Shown here: positions 37,630 to 51,340 of the stretch, in pieces | Numbering within the stretch: the first letter of the stretch is position 1 | Layout of the letters: each line of letters begins with the position of its first letter | Source of the DNA: Octopus sinensis | Lineage: Eukaryota | DNA length: 64,000 nucleotides | Assembly (NCBI RefSeq): GCF_006345805.1 | Contig: NC_043000.1 | Coordinates: forward strand, 34,224,001 to 34,288,000 | Direction of reading: 5' to 3' | Notes under the pieces: model-generated | What the model was told of the DNA's origin: nothing | What the model saw: only the letters and a program-made list of their open reading frames with translations | Databases searched by the model: none | Position numbers and translations under genes: made by a program

Positions 37630-37890
37630 TATGTGTGTATGTGTGTCCCATATTGCAAAGAAATATATTCTGGCGAACCAACTATTCCCTTTACCACTGT
37701 GTAAGAATCCACGTACAACACATAAGGCAAAGAGAATTACGTAATATGCAGCTGAGTAAGCACCTGGAAATATGTGGAAACAGCAGATTCATGCTCTTTC
37801 CTTCTACGAATGCCCAAGAGATGATCCAAAGTCCTGGAAGGCAATGAAACTATGTTTTATTAAGATATTCTTACCTAAATTAATCGTACA
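37630..37890 (+). mobile_element. Penelope-like GIY-YIG endonuclease C-terminal fragment
   Basis: VRIHVQHIRQRELRNMQLSKHLEICG..F..YECP...KAMKLCFIKIFLPKL. Confidence 0.6.
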
Positions 37891-38011
37891 TAAATGCAAA
37901 ATTATATTTATGAACACACAAGAAATCCTTATTAAGATGTTCTCATTACTGTTTATAAAATAACTGAAAAATTCATGTAAGCAACCAACACATAACACAC
38001 ACACACACACA

Positions 38012-38049
<38 letters not shown>

Positions 38050-38221
38050 CACACGCACGCACACACATTTAATAACATTCCAAAACAATTTTGATAGAGT
38101 CTAATTTCTTCAGCTGGATAACATGGCAATTGACAAAAAATAACCAATCCTCCAAAAATTCCCCATACACATACTCACACCCACATGCACACAAACAACA
38201 AAAAAAATATATATAATGTGG

Positions 38222-38544
38222 AACTCGGTCAGTTACGACGACGAGGGTACCAGCTGATACGATCGACGGAACACCCTGCTCGTGAAATTAACGTGCAAGT
38301 GGCTGAGCACTCCACAGACACGTGTATCATTAACGTAGTTCTCAGGGAGATTCAGCGTGACACAGAGTGTGACAGGGATGGCCCCTTTGAAATACAGGTA
38401 CTACTAATTTTTGCCAGCTGATTGGACTGGAGTAACGTAAAATAAAGTGTCTTGCTCAAGGACACAATGCATCGCCGGGAATCGAACTCACGACTTTACG
38501 ATCGTGAGCAGAATGCCCTAACCACTAAGCCACGCACCTTCACA
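38222..38544 (-). mobile_element. SINE family A2
   Basis: Tail as A1; head gggaatcgaactcacgac..cgatcgtgagcagaatgccctaaccactaagccacgc. Confidence 0.85.
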
Positions 38545-38771
38545 TGTTAATTGAGAATGGACTAAGCAAAACAAGGGGAAACACGCGGATAAAAAGTTGC
38601 TGAAGAGGTCATAGAACGTAAGAGGTCTTTCCAAATGTGACGAAGAAACTAAAATGATAATAATAAATCTGAAGTAAAGACAAACTGTGCGTGGGCTTAA
38701 AATATGACCATCCACATGTATAATGTGTGTGCATGTGTGTGTGTGTGTAATAATAAAGCCAAACCAAATAG

Positions 38772-38964
38772 TGATATTTTGAAATCCTTTAATATGTACG
38801 TTTTAGGTTTACGTATTATATAGCAGGAAATGCATCCATTATGTAAACTTTCCTCAGTTCAAAATATGAACCGTTTTAACTGAGGGAAGATTGCCTAACG
38901 GATGTATTTTCTATTAGATACAACGCAAACCTGAAAGTGCGTATTAAATTATTTCAAAATATCA
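38772..38964. mobile_element. Degenerate fold-back palindrome
   Basis: tgatattttgaaat... versus ...atttcaaaatatca; arms of about 90 bp with many mismatches. Confidence 0.6.
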
Positions 38965-38990
38965 TTAATTCACACACACATGTATATATA

Positions 38991-39032
<42 letters not shown>

Positions 39033-39045
39033 ATATATATATATC

Positions 39046-39272
39046 ACGGGATCACGTGACCGACCAGACCATCAGATGTTGCTACACATCGCTGGTCACA
39101 ATGCGTTCGCATTGTTTTAGCCTTCGAATGACGCCAACAGAAGGAAGAGTGAGAGAAAGAGTACAGCAGGGATCACCCCCCGCTGCCGGAGCCTCGTGGA
39201 GCTTTTAGGTGTTTTCGCTCAATAAACACGCACAACGCCCGGTCTGGGAATCGAAACCGCGATCCTACGACC
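39046..39272 (-). mobile_element. Probable LINE 3' tail (39046-39135) fused to a 5' piece of SINE A1 (39138-39272)
   Basis: The A1 head matches other copies. The first segment ends (minus strand) ...ggtcggtcacgtgatcccgtgatatata; LINE origin is inference. Confidence 0.55.
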
Positions 39273-39706
39273 GTGTATATATATATATATATATGTATAT
39301 GCTTGTATGCATGTTTGTGCGTGTATGTGTGCCTGTAAGTATGAATGTTTATTTGCATACACTATTGCACAGAACTTTCTTTGGACATGTTACCAAACAA
39401 CGGAGCATGCTTTCCAAAAGTCTTTTATTCCACGACTAATCTGATAAAGTTGCCTTCATTTTGTTCCGCAAAGAGAGATTTCAGTTCTTCCGTGTACTCA
39501 CTGACACTCTTCCTCCATCACCTCCCCAACTCGTCTGAGACATTAAAATGTTTTCCTGATAAACACTTGAAGTAAGAAATATCTGTGGAAAAATACTTTT
39601 GTCAATGTGGCGGGTAGAATGAGGGATGGGAGAGGATTAAGGGAAAATCAATTGATTTATTTACAAGTCAATACACACACACACACACACAACACACACA
39701 GACACG

Positions 39707-39774
<68 letters not shown>

Positions 39775-39851
39775 GGTTCCCTTCTTTTTAAACAAGCATG
39801 AAGTGCGTTGATGTGTGAACGCGTATATGTGTATACATGGGTATATGTATG

Positions 39852-39924
<73 letters not shown>

Positions 39925-39932
39925 ATGTGTGT

Positions 39933-40007
<75 letters not shown>

Positions 40008-40069
40008 TATATATATATAATATATAATGATAATATCAATGTGAGTTATATACAGTAGCGGTAACACAA

Positions 40070-40364
40070 CGTGACGTATTTTTGCCATTTCAATATGGCT
40101 AACCCCTAAGGGTGGATGCTACTGTAGTTTTAGCCCCAGGAGGACACACTCCTCCAGCTGGCCATAGACACACTTTCTGTGTCCTGTCAGTATTTGCAAA
40201 GTATTTGAGTATTTGAAGACGGAGGATGACTTCCCTTTGCAAATACTGACAGGACACAGAAAGTGTGTCTATGGCCAGCTGGAGGAGTGTGTCCTCCTGG
40301 GGCTAAAAACTACAGTAGCATCCACCCTTAGGGTTAGCCATATTGAAATGGCAAAAATACGTCA

Positions 40365-40366
<2 letters not shown>
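40070..40366. mobile_element. Near-perfect fold-back element, 132-bp arms, 33-bp spacer, TA-flanked
   Basis: 40070-40201 versus 40235-40366; by eye they differ only by two single-base homopolymer indels. Confidence 0.9.
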
Positions 40367-40423
<57 letters not shown>

Positions 40424-40600
40424 ATAAAGATAAATTAATTAAATATAGAGATATTCTATTGACATTCCACTAATTTATTTATATTACAATATTACATTAA
40501 ATGCTATGAATATAATATATAACATATTATATAACATAAATAATTAGAAAAACCAAAAATGGCCCACAAATTGAAAGATTTCTTTTCCTCAGTTTGTTAC

Positions 40601-40634
<34 letters not shown>

Positions 40635-40887
40635 AATATATATAAATATATTTGAGCATAAATACGAAATTGTTCACGCATGCCCAGTACAGAAGCTATT
40701 TGTACATATACAGTGAGTGTATATATTTACATGTTTGGTTCTATATTAATGCTTGCTGTTGCTATGATTTCATTCACTTGGCCGTGGCCATACTGGAGCA
40801 CCACCTTTAACATAAATAATTAACATAAGTACACCTTTCTACAGGCGCTTACACATGCGCAGACGTTCATGAAACTAAGCAGTAACG

Positions 40888-40928
<41 letters not shown>

Positions 40929-41215
40929 CAATCCAGTTTACTTCCGGTCCGAAGACGACCAAAAGTAATGTTTATACATGACTGAGGGTTGAAACCTCGT
41001 TAAAATATTTCCACCTGTTTTGACAGCCCAGATGACATCAAACGCCTTTTGTTACGCCCAACACACTTCAACGGACCCGAAATTAAGAACAGCTTTCAGT
41101 CGCAGCAGTGTTGTTTGATGTTACCTATCCTTGGTTTATTGTTCGAACTCTTCTCTTGCTTTTTGTTGTTGTTGTTGTTGTTTTGTGGTTGTTGTGGTTA
41201 TTTTTGTTGATGTAA

Positions 41216-41490
41216 TGGCGACGAGCTGGTAGAATCGTTGGACAAAATATTTAACGACATTTCATCCGTCTTTACGTTCTGAGTTCAAATTCCGCCGAAG
41301 TCGACTTCTTGCATCTTTTCAGACTCGATAAGATAAATACCATCACTAGCAGTGCCCCAGCATGGCTACAGCCTTAGGGTTTAAATGTATGAAAGTATAA
41401 ACGAATAAAACAATAAAGTACCGAGGTCGATGTAAACATTTTCCCCTCATAAAATTGTTGGCCTCGTGCCAAAATTTGTAACCATTGTTT
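41216..41490 (+). mobile_element. SINE family B, diverged with internal insertion
   Basis: ggcgacgagctggtagaatcg...gttctgagttcaaattccgccgaagtcgac...ggcctcgtgccaaaatttg. Confidence 0.65.
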
Positions 41491-41654
41491 ATTCTTGTTT
41501 TTATGTGCTTTTGTGTGGGATGAGCGCTCTTCCATTCATGCACATCTTTTGAAGTATTTAACGTTGTGAAAATTGTTACAAGCTTTATGCTTTTCCCATT
41601 TAAAAAAAATCCTGCTTAAATCTCCATTTTTTATTGTCATTTTCACGTTACTAA

Positions 41655-42066
41655 GTTCTTATTTCTTTATTGCCCACAAGGGGCTAAACATAGAGGAGGC
41701 AAGCAAGGACAGACAAAGGGATTAAGTAGATTACATCTACCCCAGTGCATAACCGGTACTTATTTAATCGACCTCGAAAGGACGAAAGGCAAAGTCGACT
41801 TCGACGGAATTTGAACTCAGAACGTAAAGACAGACGAAATATCTATTTCTTTTTCTACCCACAAGGGGCTAAACACGGAGAGGACAAACAAGGACAGACA
41901 AATGGATTAAGTCGATTATATCGACCCCAGTGCGTAACTGGTACTTATTTAATCGACCCCGTAAGGATGAAAGGCAAAGTCGACCTCGGCGTAATTTGAA
42001 CTCAGAACGTAGCAGCAGACGAGATACCGCTAAGTATTTCGCCTGGCGTTCTAACGTTTCTGCCTT
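41655..42066 (-). mobile_element. SINE family B multimer (two internal tandem modules)
   Basis: cccacaaggggctaaaca..aaggacagacaaa..gtcga at ~41672 and ~41858. Confidence 0.85.
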
Positions 42067-42119
42067 GTTACTTTCACGTTACTAAATTCCGTTTATATTT
42101 TACTTTTACGTTGCTAAAT

Positions 42120-43030
42120 TGAATTTCCAGATCTCTGTACCTCCTTCTGGACACTGTTTTCCACAGAAAGTATCGAGATGTCTATCAGTATACAGATATT
42201 TTCCATTCCAGCCCTTGGTCATTCTACCCGGACCTTTTGCCTTTCTGCCGAGTCAGTCTGGACAGGTATGTCCCAGATTCTTGCTGTCCAGTCGTTGCCA
42301 CGTATCGCGTTTGGTGTTTGTTTGTACCACATCGTATGTGTTTTCACGCCGAAGTAACAGCGTATTACTAAGTGGCCACCACTGCCGACTCGACCGTATC
42401 TGTGGATATGTTCAGAGTTTTCAAAACTTGGGCGACTTTATATGATGCAGCCAAGCGTCTCAGTTCTATAATCAGCACTTAGCAACCTTTTACAAGATTT
42501 TATTTTTGTAATTATTTCTGGCATTTAAATTCAGTCTCCCTGTTTCTGCTTTTAGCCCAAATAGTATGAACCATTGTTGGCTTTCCCTCTTGGTTCACTT
42601 CTTGTTCTTCGAGTCTTGCAGAGTATAAGCTATGATGTGATCTTCTCTCCATTATTTCAAATATGTTTTCGCATTCGGTTTTGCATTTCTTTCCAAATTT
42701 TAATCCTTTTCTGTTGTTTTGTCATTACGTGGTCTGCTTTTGTGTCGTTTCCAGTTTATAAATTATTGTTTACATTTACGGAGGTTTTAAAAAAAAAACT
42801 TTCTTCATAGTTATTGTTCGATCCACTGCTGTTACTTAATAGAAGTTCTCTATTTGTCTCGTATTCTATTTTATCCAGCTAAAGTATCCAAACCCATTAT
42901 CTTATTTTTAGTATTGTGCTCTGTCGCGCCTTATTAGTTTCATCTATTTCTGAATATTTCTATGGGTGATTCTAGTCTAATTATCTGATATTGGTGTTTG
43001 TATCTAATTTAATATTCTCAGTTTCAGTTA
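42120..43030 (-). mobile_element. R4/Dong LINE C-terminal region, heavily decayed
   Basis: Minus strand remnants: GLKAETG, WYKQTP, WDIPVQTD, ILIDISI. Confidence 0.55.
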
Positions 43031-43065
43031 TATATTAGTGCTAACTTTGGCACAGTTGTCTAGTC

Positions 43066-43357
43066 CAGGGGTTCTCAACTGTGGCCCATATGACCCCTGG
43101 GGGTCCGTGTGACCCTTGGGTGGGGTCCATATAAGATTTTGTTGTTACAGTTTATGTGCAATAAATTGGTGGTACTGCTACGATGCACAAAAATTTTAAC
43201 AAATTTCTTATACGATTCCCAACAATATTTAATTATAAAAATGTAAAAGGTTTTTTTAAAAACCATTCAATGGCTATGAGGGTCCAGGAGAGTAAAGTAA
43301 GAATCAAAGGTGAGTGGGGAGGGGATCCATCAGCAAAAAAATGGTTGAGGACCACTG
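43066..43357. mobile_element. hAT (Charlie-like) MITE
   Basis: TIRs CAGGGGTTCTCAAC / GTTGAGGACCACTG (12/14 match); 8-bp flanks gtctagtc / acctagta, both with a central CTAG. Confidence 0.8.
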
Positions 43358-43470
43358 ACCTAGTACCACACTAATTTTTACGTCTTGGCTCGATTTATAA
43401 ACAGTTTTTAGAATATCTTCCAATTACGTATTATTATTTACAAACAATTTTGTCGGCATCTGTTACATCT

Positions 43471-43562
<92 letters not shown>

Positions 43563-43762
43563 CGTATCCCGCTATTATTTTTTTTTTATTTATCCAGCCT
43601 GTGTCTCCCATACAAAGGATTAACCCCCCCAAGTACTATTTTAAGTTTAGTCTTTTACTTAACGTCCCAAAGCGATACACAAGCAAAATGGTATGATTAC
43701 AACCATATTCAACTTTTCCTTTTCCTTCTCTAGGCTTTTCTATTTTTTAAATTTTATTTTTC

Positions 43763-43874
43763 ACTCTGATGAAGCTCCATGTTTCAGATCGGTTTTGTTA
43801 CCAAATATGATAAATACTTTTTAGCATATCAATAGCAATACCACACAACATTGGAAACAGAAACGGCTGTTAGA
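43763..43874 (+). ncRNA. Hammerhead-like motif with long helix II (degenerate)
   Basis: act-CTGATGA-AG...hairpin insert...GAA-ACGGCTGT-T-aga; helix III and the 3' flank resemble the 59443 motif. Confidence 0.45.
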
Positions 43875-44289
43875 TGGGATGCAATCTATCTGCATTGACT
43901 TAATAAATAATAATTGATGTATGTCGATTGTTGTTCAACAATTTTTCTCCATTTTATGTTTTCTTTATATAAATTGAGTTTTATATTTAACTTATAGTAG
44001 AGTACCATATTAATTTTTATAAGGTAAATTTTGACAGTGACCTCGAAATTTCAGCTTACTAGCCGTCAAGTCAATGTGTCTGATTTATCCGTGGAAAAAT
44101 TCATACATAGGTACATGTATACGTTCACACATACAATTATATATGTATGTATAATTGTATGGCTGGATGCAGGTTTCTGCGTATGTATTTAAGAGCAAGT
44201 GTGTATATATGCACAGACTGATGAACACATTAATGTGTGCAGATTATGAGGACGATGGAAATATAAACTTATATGCTCACGCATATACA

Positions 44290-44303
44290 CACACATACGC
44301 GCG

Positions 44304-44357
<54 letters not shown>

Positions 44358-45596
44358 CTCTCTCTCTCTCTCTCTCTCATTCACACACCACACACTCTCA
44401 CACACATGCACACATACATGCATGCATACACACACCCTCTCTTTCTCTCTCTCACACTCTCTCTCACACATACACACACGCACACACACTCACACACACA
44501 GGCACACACACACACACACACAAATACACACACCTTCCCTTTCTCTCTATTTTACACACACACTCTCTCACATACACATACACATGACACACACACACAC
44601 ACAAACACTCTCTCTCTCACACACACATGCACACACTCACACATTCATAAATGTATACAGTTGCGTGGGAATAAAAATCTATATATGTTATCATAATTAT
44701 ATGTAACATCAATTTAATTTTATATATGTATGTGCGTGCGTGTGTGTATGTGTACATATATATATATATTTATGTATGTGTGTGTGTGTGAGAGAATATA
44801 TATATATGTGTGTGTGTGTACATATGCTTACGTTTGACGTTGGTGTATGTATATGTGTCTTTATTTACACAGGTATATATATGTATGTAGAATAAATTTT
44901 ACATACATCCGTGTATACACACTTATTTTGATCTATCCGCTTACCTTTGAAAACTCGCTTGCAGGCAAAGTACACGAATGCTCATACCTACACACACAAA
45001 TACACACTCACACACACAAACACACACACATTCACAACATTAGTGTACTATAAGCTAGATCTACTCATACACACGTACGTTTACAAAAGCTACTCGACAC
45101 ACACAAACAATCACGCAAATACACCGACATACATATTATACGAAACTAAGTGAAACCCACTCAGCGTGCCACTCTCTAAATATTGATCCAGTTGCTATAT
45201 ATATTCCCTATAGCCTCTCTGATGATTATACAAAATATTGGCCGAGTTAGTAGCACTCAGTGAAGTAATTTTCTGAAGCATGGACGTCTACCTTTTAAAT
45301 TATTAACAGAAATAATCTCAAGAGATTTACTGGCTTCCAGAAAGCTCTGCTTGCACGAAAATATCGGACGCTGCTTATTGCTCCAAATGGTGACTAACAA
45401 AACTCTCAAGCATGAGTAACGAACAGGAAGTTACAGACATTCATTACATACATACAATACATATATATACACATACATACATACAAATAAACATACATAC
45501 GTACGCACAATACATATATATGCATACATACGTACAATACATGTATATACATACATATATACATACATACGTACAATACATACATACACATATATG

Positions 45597-45637
<41 letters not shown>

Positions 45638-46490
45638 TATATATATATACATGCATACGTACATACATACGTACAATACATACATACATACATCTATACA
45701 TACATACGTACAATACATATATATATGCATACATACGTACAATACATATATATATACATACATATATACATACATACGTACAATACATATATATATAATA
45801 CATGCATACGTGCATACATACGTACAATACATACATACATACGTACAGTATATACATATATATATACATCTACATACATACATTACATACATACATTACA
45901 TACATATATTACATACATACATACATACATACATAGGTAAAATACATACATACACACATACATACGTACAATATATACATATGTACAGTACATACATACA
46001 TATATACATACTACATACATACATACACATACATACGCAAAATGCATACATACGTACAATACATACATAATACATATATACATACACATTCACAAATGCA
46101 GGTACATATACATGCATACATACATTCTCATACATACACTCATACATACACACGTGCAAATACATCCACAAATGCATATACGCATACGGTCACACATACA
46201 CACATACGATACATACACATATACATACACCATACATGCACGCATACCTACAAACCTACAAACATACATGCATGTATACATACACACGATACATACATAT
46301 ATACACACATAAATTTATACATATACACACATATACACATACACATTTATACACACACACAAATATATATACACACATACACACACTTACAGACAGACAT
46401 GCATATACTTTTACTTATAAATACACACAATATATATGCACGCAATACATACATACATGCAAACATACATACATGTGCACATAGACACAC
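44290..46490. repeat. Compound CA/CT/TA/TACA microsatellite blocks with short unique interruptions
   Basis: Direct reading. Confidence 0.8.
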
Positions 46491-46684
46491 ACAATATTAC
46501 GTCAGCCATTTATACTTCTTATTCAAACTGTTCTGGTCTAGGAACGGTGAGTTATAAAGATGTGGTTTCTCCTTGAAAACTTCACTGTTCTGTAACTGTT
46601 TTAATGTCTGATCCCCCAATATTTTGTTACTGAGACAAAGCTAGGCTAGACGAGTCCATCATTCTACGGGCCAGCGATTAAATA

Positions 46685-47100
46685 CAGGGTGTTCAAGAAG
46701 TTTCTCCGCAGTGAATTTATTTTCATCTTACTCAAATATTGCCTATCCATTTGTAGGCCAACTCACTGAAAGTGAAATTAATAATGCATACTTTCAGCAA
46801 GATGGAGCCATTGCACATACTTCGCGCATTACCATGGTGCTACTTCAAGAGTTTTTCGGTGAACGGATTATTTCGAAGGGACTTTGGCCGCCAAGATCAC
46901 CTGGTTTAATACCGCCAGACTTCTTTTCTAGAAGCAAGGATCAGTGTACAACACCGCCTGAAAACCATTAATGAGCTAAAAGACGCAGTCATAACCTTCA
47001 AACGTTCCATACCGCGTCAGACTCTCCAAGATGTATTTCAAAACATGTGTAGAAGAGTCAACTTATGTATTGAAAACGAAGGACGACACTTTCAACACGC
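46685..47100 (+). mobile_element. Tc1/mariner (DD37D/maT-like) internally deleted transposon
   Basis: TA|CAGGGTGTTC start; YFQQDGAIAHTS...LWPPRSPGLIPPDFF; KTINELKDAV; LCIENEGRHFQH. Confidence 0.85.
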
Positions 47101-47419
47101 TAGAAATGAGATAAAAGGAGAAGAAACAAATCCTACAGATTTCGTGGTGAGACGGTTTGACATCTATTTTTAGCATACAAGGGATCCATATAGTGATCTC
47201 TCATATTGTTTATGTTTAAATAAAATTCACGGTCCTTGGACGTTTTTAAGTATAATGGCCACTAGTTGAAATTGATATTATTTAATAATACCATTTAATA
47301 ATATTAATTTCAACTCTTATTAATAAAATAATTCTTTAAAATCAAAGAGCATGAAATAAGAGATCTTCACTAACTTGTTAGAATCCGTTGGCATGAAATG
47401 TGATGGTAATTCCTTGAAC

Positions 47420-47980
47420 AAAACAAACAGTTCGATTCTAAATTAAAACGGTTTTATTAAGAATTAGGTAAGAACAAAATATGAGTGAATGCAGTACCAA
47501 CAGCAAAAGAAGTGGAAGAATTCCGAGAAGGAGTTTGAACAACAGACACACCCTAGCAGACGAGAATTTTTAAAACAACCAACACAGCATCTGAACAACT
47601 GTGAGAGGCCACATGAATGCATAAAGGAGAGTAAGGGCGACAACCAGAAACGCATACCGGAAGGTATCGAAAGGTGCTGAGAAACGATAAGATCGCATAC
47701 TCGAAGTTAAATGTTCACCTGTGGCACATGCGGTGTTAGCAGAGATTTTTTTAATGATGAAAGAGCGAAAGATTACACCTGATTGGCTCAGTGGCGGGGT
47801 GGGGCGGGGACAGTATCTTAAGAAACAACAAACTCTAAACATTAAAGACCTCCCCCACTGCTTCCAAATACTTCATTTCAACAAAGAAAATGTAGATAAA
47901 TATCAGTAAACAACGAGCTGCTTCCAGAAGCTGTCACGAAGGGCCCAATGGCTTCTAAAGATCAATTGCTGACCAAAAAG
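47420..47980 (+). mobile_element. R4/Dong RT N-terminal fragment, decayed
   Basis: KQFDSKLKRFY.EL; PTAKEVEEF; KITPDWLSGG; SKDQLL. Confidence 0.55.
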
Positions 47981-48159
47981 CCAGAACTGAAGACTGTAGA
48001 ACCAAAAAGAAGAGTCCAAGTACGAAAACAGTGACTGCCAGAAGTCTTTTCCCAGTTTCTCTTTTCAATTTAATGTGCGCTTCTCTGTTCATTAATGCAA
48101 AGTGTTTTCTATTGTACAATTCTGTCGAGTGTTTTCACTTCGCTTGTTTATGTTAGTGC

Positions 48160-48345
48160 CACCACCAGCACCAGCATCGCCGCTGCTGCTGCCGCCGCCG
48201 CCGCCGCCACCACCACCGCCACCACCACCACCATCGCCGCCGCCGCCACCACCACCGCCGCCACCACCACCACCACCACCACCACCACCACCACCACCAC
48301 CACCACCACCACCACCACCACCACCACCACCACCACCACCAGGGT
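48160..48345. repeat. (CCA/CCG)n trinucleotide repeat
   Basis: Direct reading. Confidence 0.95.
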
Positions 48346-48677
48346 GGTGAGTACCACTTCCTGTCATTTCTGAGTCAGCTATCCGACAACGTGTGTAAAT
48401 ATTACAAATGGATATTGTAAAGAAATGCGTAAACAGTTTCAAATATCTAAACATAAAGCGTTCACGTGCTGCAAGTAATGGGAGCAGACGTTCGAATGTT
48501 TTGAAGTCCTTCGGTGAAACCTCCATAAAAATGTGATAGTCCGACAAGAAAAACGTTGCTGCCAGAGTGCAGCTGAACATAATTCACAGCAAATAACAAC
48601 AGCACCACAACCAATAACAGCAAAACAACAACAACAACAACAACAACACCACCACCAACAACAACAACAATAATAAT

Positions 48678-48750
48678 GATTTCATTTATTTGCCACAAGG
48701 GTGAAGGATGAGGAGGACAATACAGAGAGAGAGACATAAAGTGTTGGGAA
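48678..48750 (-). mobile_element. Tx1 3' UTR stub with (ATT)n tail
   Basis: Reverse complement similar to ~4015-4082. Confidence 0.65.
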
Positions 48751-49794
48751 AAAACACCGTCAAAAACACGTCAAACACACACGCGTCTCGAGAGGCTTTT
48801 CATGACACCATAACAACCACTGGACAATGGAAGCCTCAAAATTATGTCATCATTCCAATGGTTTCTACCATATTCTTTACAGCAAACATACGCGTCATTA
48901 AACCTGGATTTCCGCTGGGATTGACGTCGAATTCAGAAAAATATGAAAGCTATTCAGGTCCAATCGTTTTCAAGTGAAGAACAAAGACGCGCTGCTCTCT
49001 CTTGACTGATTTCGCTACGTCGACGATAAAAGTGTCGTGTCTACCAGTGAAGAAACCGTCAAGCTAACTCCAACACCTTTAATATTGCATACAAAAAAGA
49101 TGTGACTCTTAATCGGTCGGAATAAAATTCAGATCTTCTTTCAACCATTCCCAGGTGGGGTTAACTCTTCATCACCTCCATCAAACTCAACTACAATTTG
49201 CTTGAGAACATTAACAACTATCGCTATCATCTAGTGCGAAATTTTCAGCAATTCTTGAAATGTACAAGAATTACCTTTCAGAGTCAATGGACAGAATTTT
49301 GCAGAACAGAGACATCCAGTGGATACGAGTTATTTAGGTATAAGGTAGTAGTCATCCATGCCCCACACCGAAAAAAATAAATGGATCAAATAAAAAAGTA
49401 GAAATAGAAAATGAAAACAAAAATAAGCGTCGGTCTTTTACTGTCCCCAGGTGACCCAACTTCGGTGTTTCCCCAATCATTGACTTTATAACATCGTCAA
49501 GGTAAACTGAAAGGAATAATTCCGACATGATAATCATCGAAGATGTCAAGACTTTCCCCACTCACCGACATCGAAGCAACGATCATCGAGAACTGCTATC
49601 GGCTGATCGGATACGGCCAGTTAAATCGATTACGGTCATCTGAGAGCGGAGAATCGAACAAGAAGAGGGCGACTGAAGCACTTCAAGGTCATTCTCGTGT
49701 CAACAGCGGGGAAGGTTTTGTAGACAAGAAGGACAGTTCAGATTTACTCATTCACCAAAGAATGGACAACAACTATGAATGATCTCATAGGAAT

Positions 49795-50434
49795 TGTGGT
49801 GGAAGGAAGTGGTAGTGGTGTGGACGATGGTATGTGGGTGGCCGATGGTGGATGGTCGAGGTGGTAACTGTGCTGTGGTGGTTGTGTGTCAGTGGTTGTA
49901 TTGTTATGATGGTAGTTCTTTTATTGGTGCTGTTAGTAGCAGTGGTCGTGAGTAAAGGTGGTGGAGATAGTGGTGGTGGTTGTGGTGGTGGTGGTGTTGG
50001 TGGCGACGGTGGTGGAGGCGGCGACGATGGCGACGGTAGTGGAGGCGGCGACGGTGGCAACGGTGGTGGAGGCGGCGACGGTGGCGACGCTGTTGTTGTT
50101 GTTGTTCGTGGTGTTGATGGTAGTCCAAGATGTAGGTGTAGTAATGTCGGTTAATGAAGTTATCCCAAAATGGTAAATGTCTGTACATGGTTCTCACTTC
50201 AACACCAAAGCCTCCGGCGGCAAATAACAACAACAACAACATCAACAACAACAGCAACAACAACGTCTTAGATCTCGTCTCTCTACAACATACATTGTAA
50301 CACCATCTGCAACAAAAATAGATTTTCTCTCAAACGAATTGCTGCTTTCAAACAACAACAACAACAACAGCAGCAGCAGCAGTAGCAGCAGCAGCAACAC
50401 CACAACCAACAAATACACCACCACCACCACCACC

Positions 50435-50466
<32 letters not shown>

Positions 50467-50510
50467 AATCACAGGCATCAATGACAACGATAAATATAAC
50501 ATCGGTAACC
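49795..50510. repeat. GTG/GGC/GTT/CAA low-complexity block
   Basis: Direct reading. Confidence 0.85.
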
Positions 50511-51104
50511 AAGAAAAATAAAACAACGAATATGTATGTATGGATAGGTGTATGTATGGATATGTCTGTATGTATATATGTATGCATGTTTTTTTTTACA
50601 TATGTATATGTGCATGTGGATGTGTATGTATGTATCTATGGACATGTGCGTACGTACGTATGTATGTATGAATGTATGAATGTATGTGAAATAACTAGAG
50701 TGTGTTAACCCGACTGCTTTATAGTATAGAAGATATCAATAGACATTTTTGGCCAGCACTTCATGTTGCAACGAAATAAATGATACGTCTGGGTACGCAA
50801 TATATTTGTAGGGAGAAAAAGAGGGAACAGCTGTATATACAAGTTTCAGCCTTGTTGGGATTTCATCAGTGTTTATGCAGCTTCTTCAACTTTCCTTAAA
50901 GCCCACTTTTTAAAACCCTACCAATGTTCAAGGCCAAAGTAAACTGGAAAGATTCGTAACACATTTTGCAATTTCTTGAATATTACTTAACACTGAGTCA
51001 TTGAAGTTCCATTTTATTGCTACACCTCCATAGAATTCAAATTTTGTATTTCACTCAGAGTGTGGAAGGTCTTATCAATTTACTTTAATGTCAAATATTA
51101 GTGG

Positions 51105-51272
51105 GTTTCTCTCTCTCTCTCTCTTGTCCTCTCTCTCTCTTGTCCTCTCTCTCTCTTGTCCTCTCTCTCTCTTGTCCTCTCTCTCTCTCTTTCTCTCTCT
51201 CTCTTGTCCTCTCTCTCTCTTTCCTCTCTCTCTCTCTTTCCTCTCTCTCTCTCTCTCTTTCTCTCTCTTGTC

Positions 51273-51340
<68 letters not shown>
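51105..51340. repeat. (CT)n with periodic CTTGTCCT interruptions
   Basis: Direct reading. Confidence 0.9.

Noticed and set aside
40235-40366. Hammerhead in the fold-back arm (CTGGAGGA...AAAACTACAGTA)
   Set aside because: The core deviates, G12 is absent and no helix I partner is found in the same arm.
47775-47812. CCAAT box plus GC box (ctgattggct...ggggcggg)
   Set aside because: It lies inside decayed Dong RT coding sequence (KITPDWLSGG).
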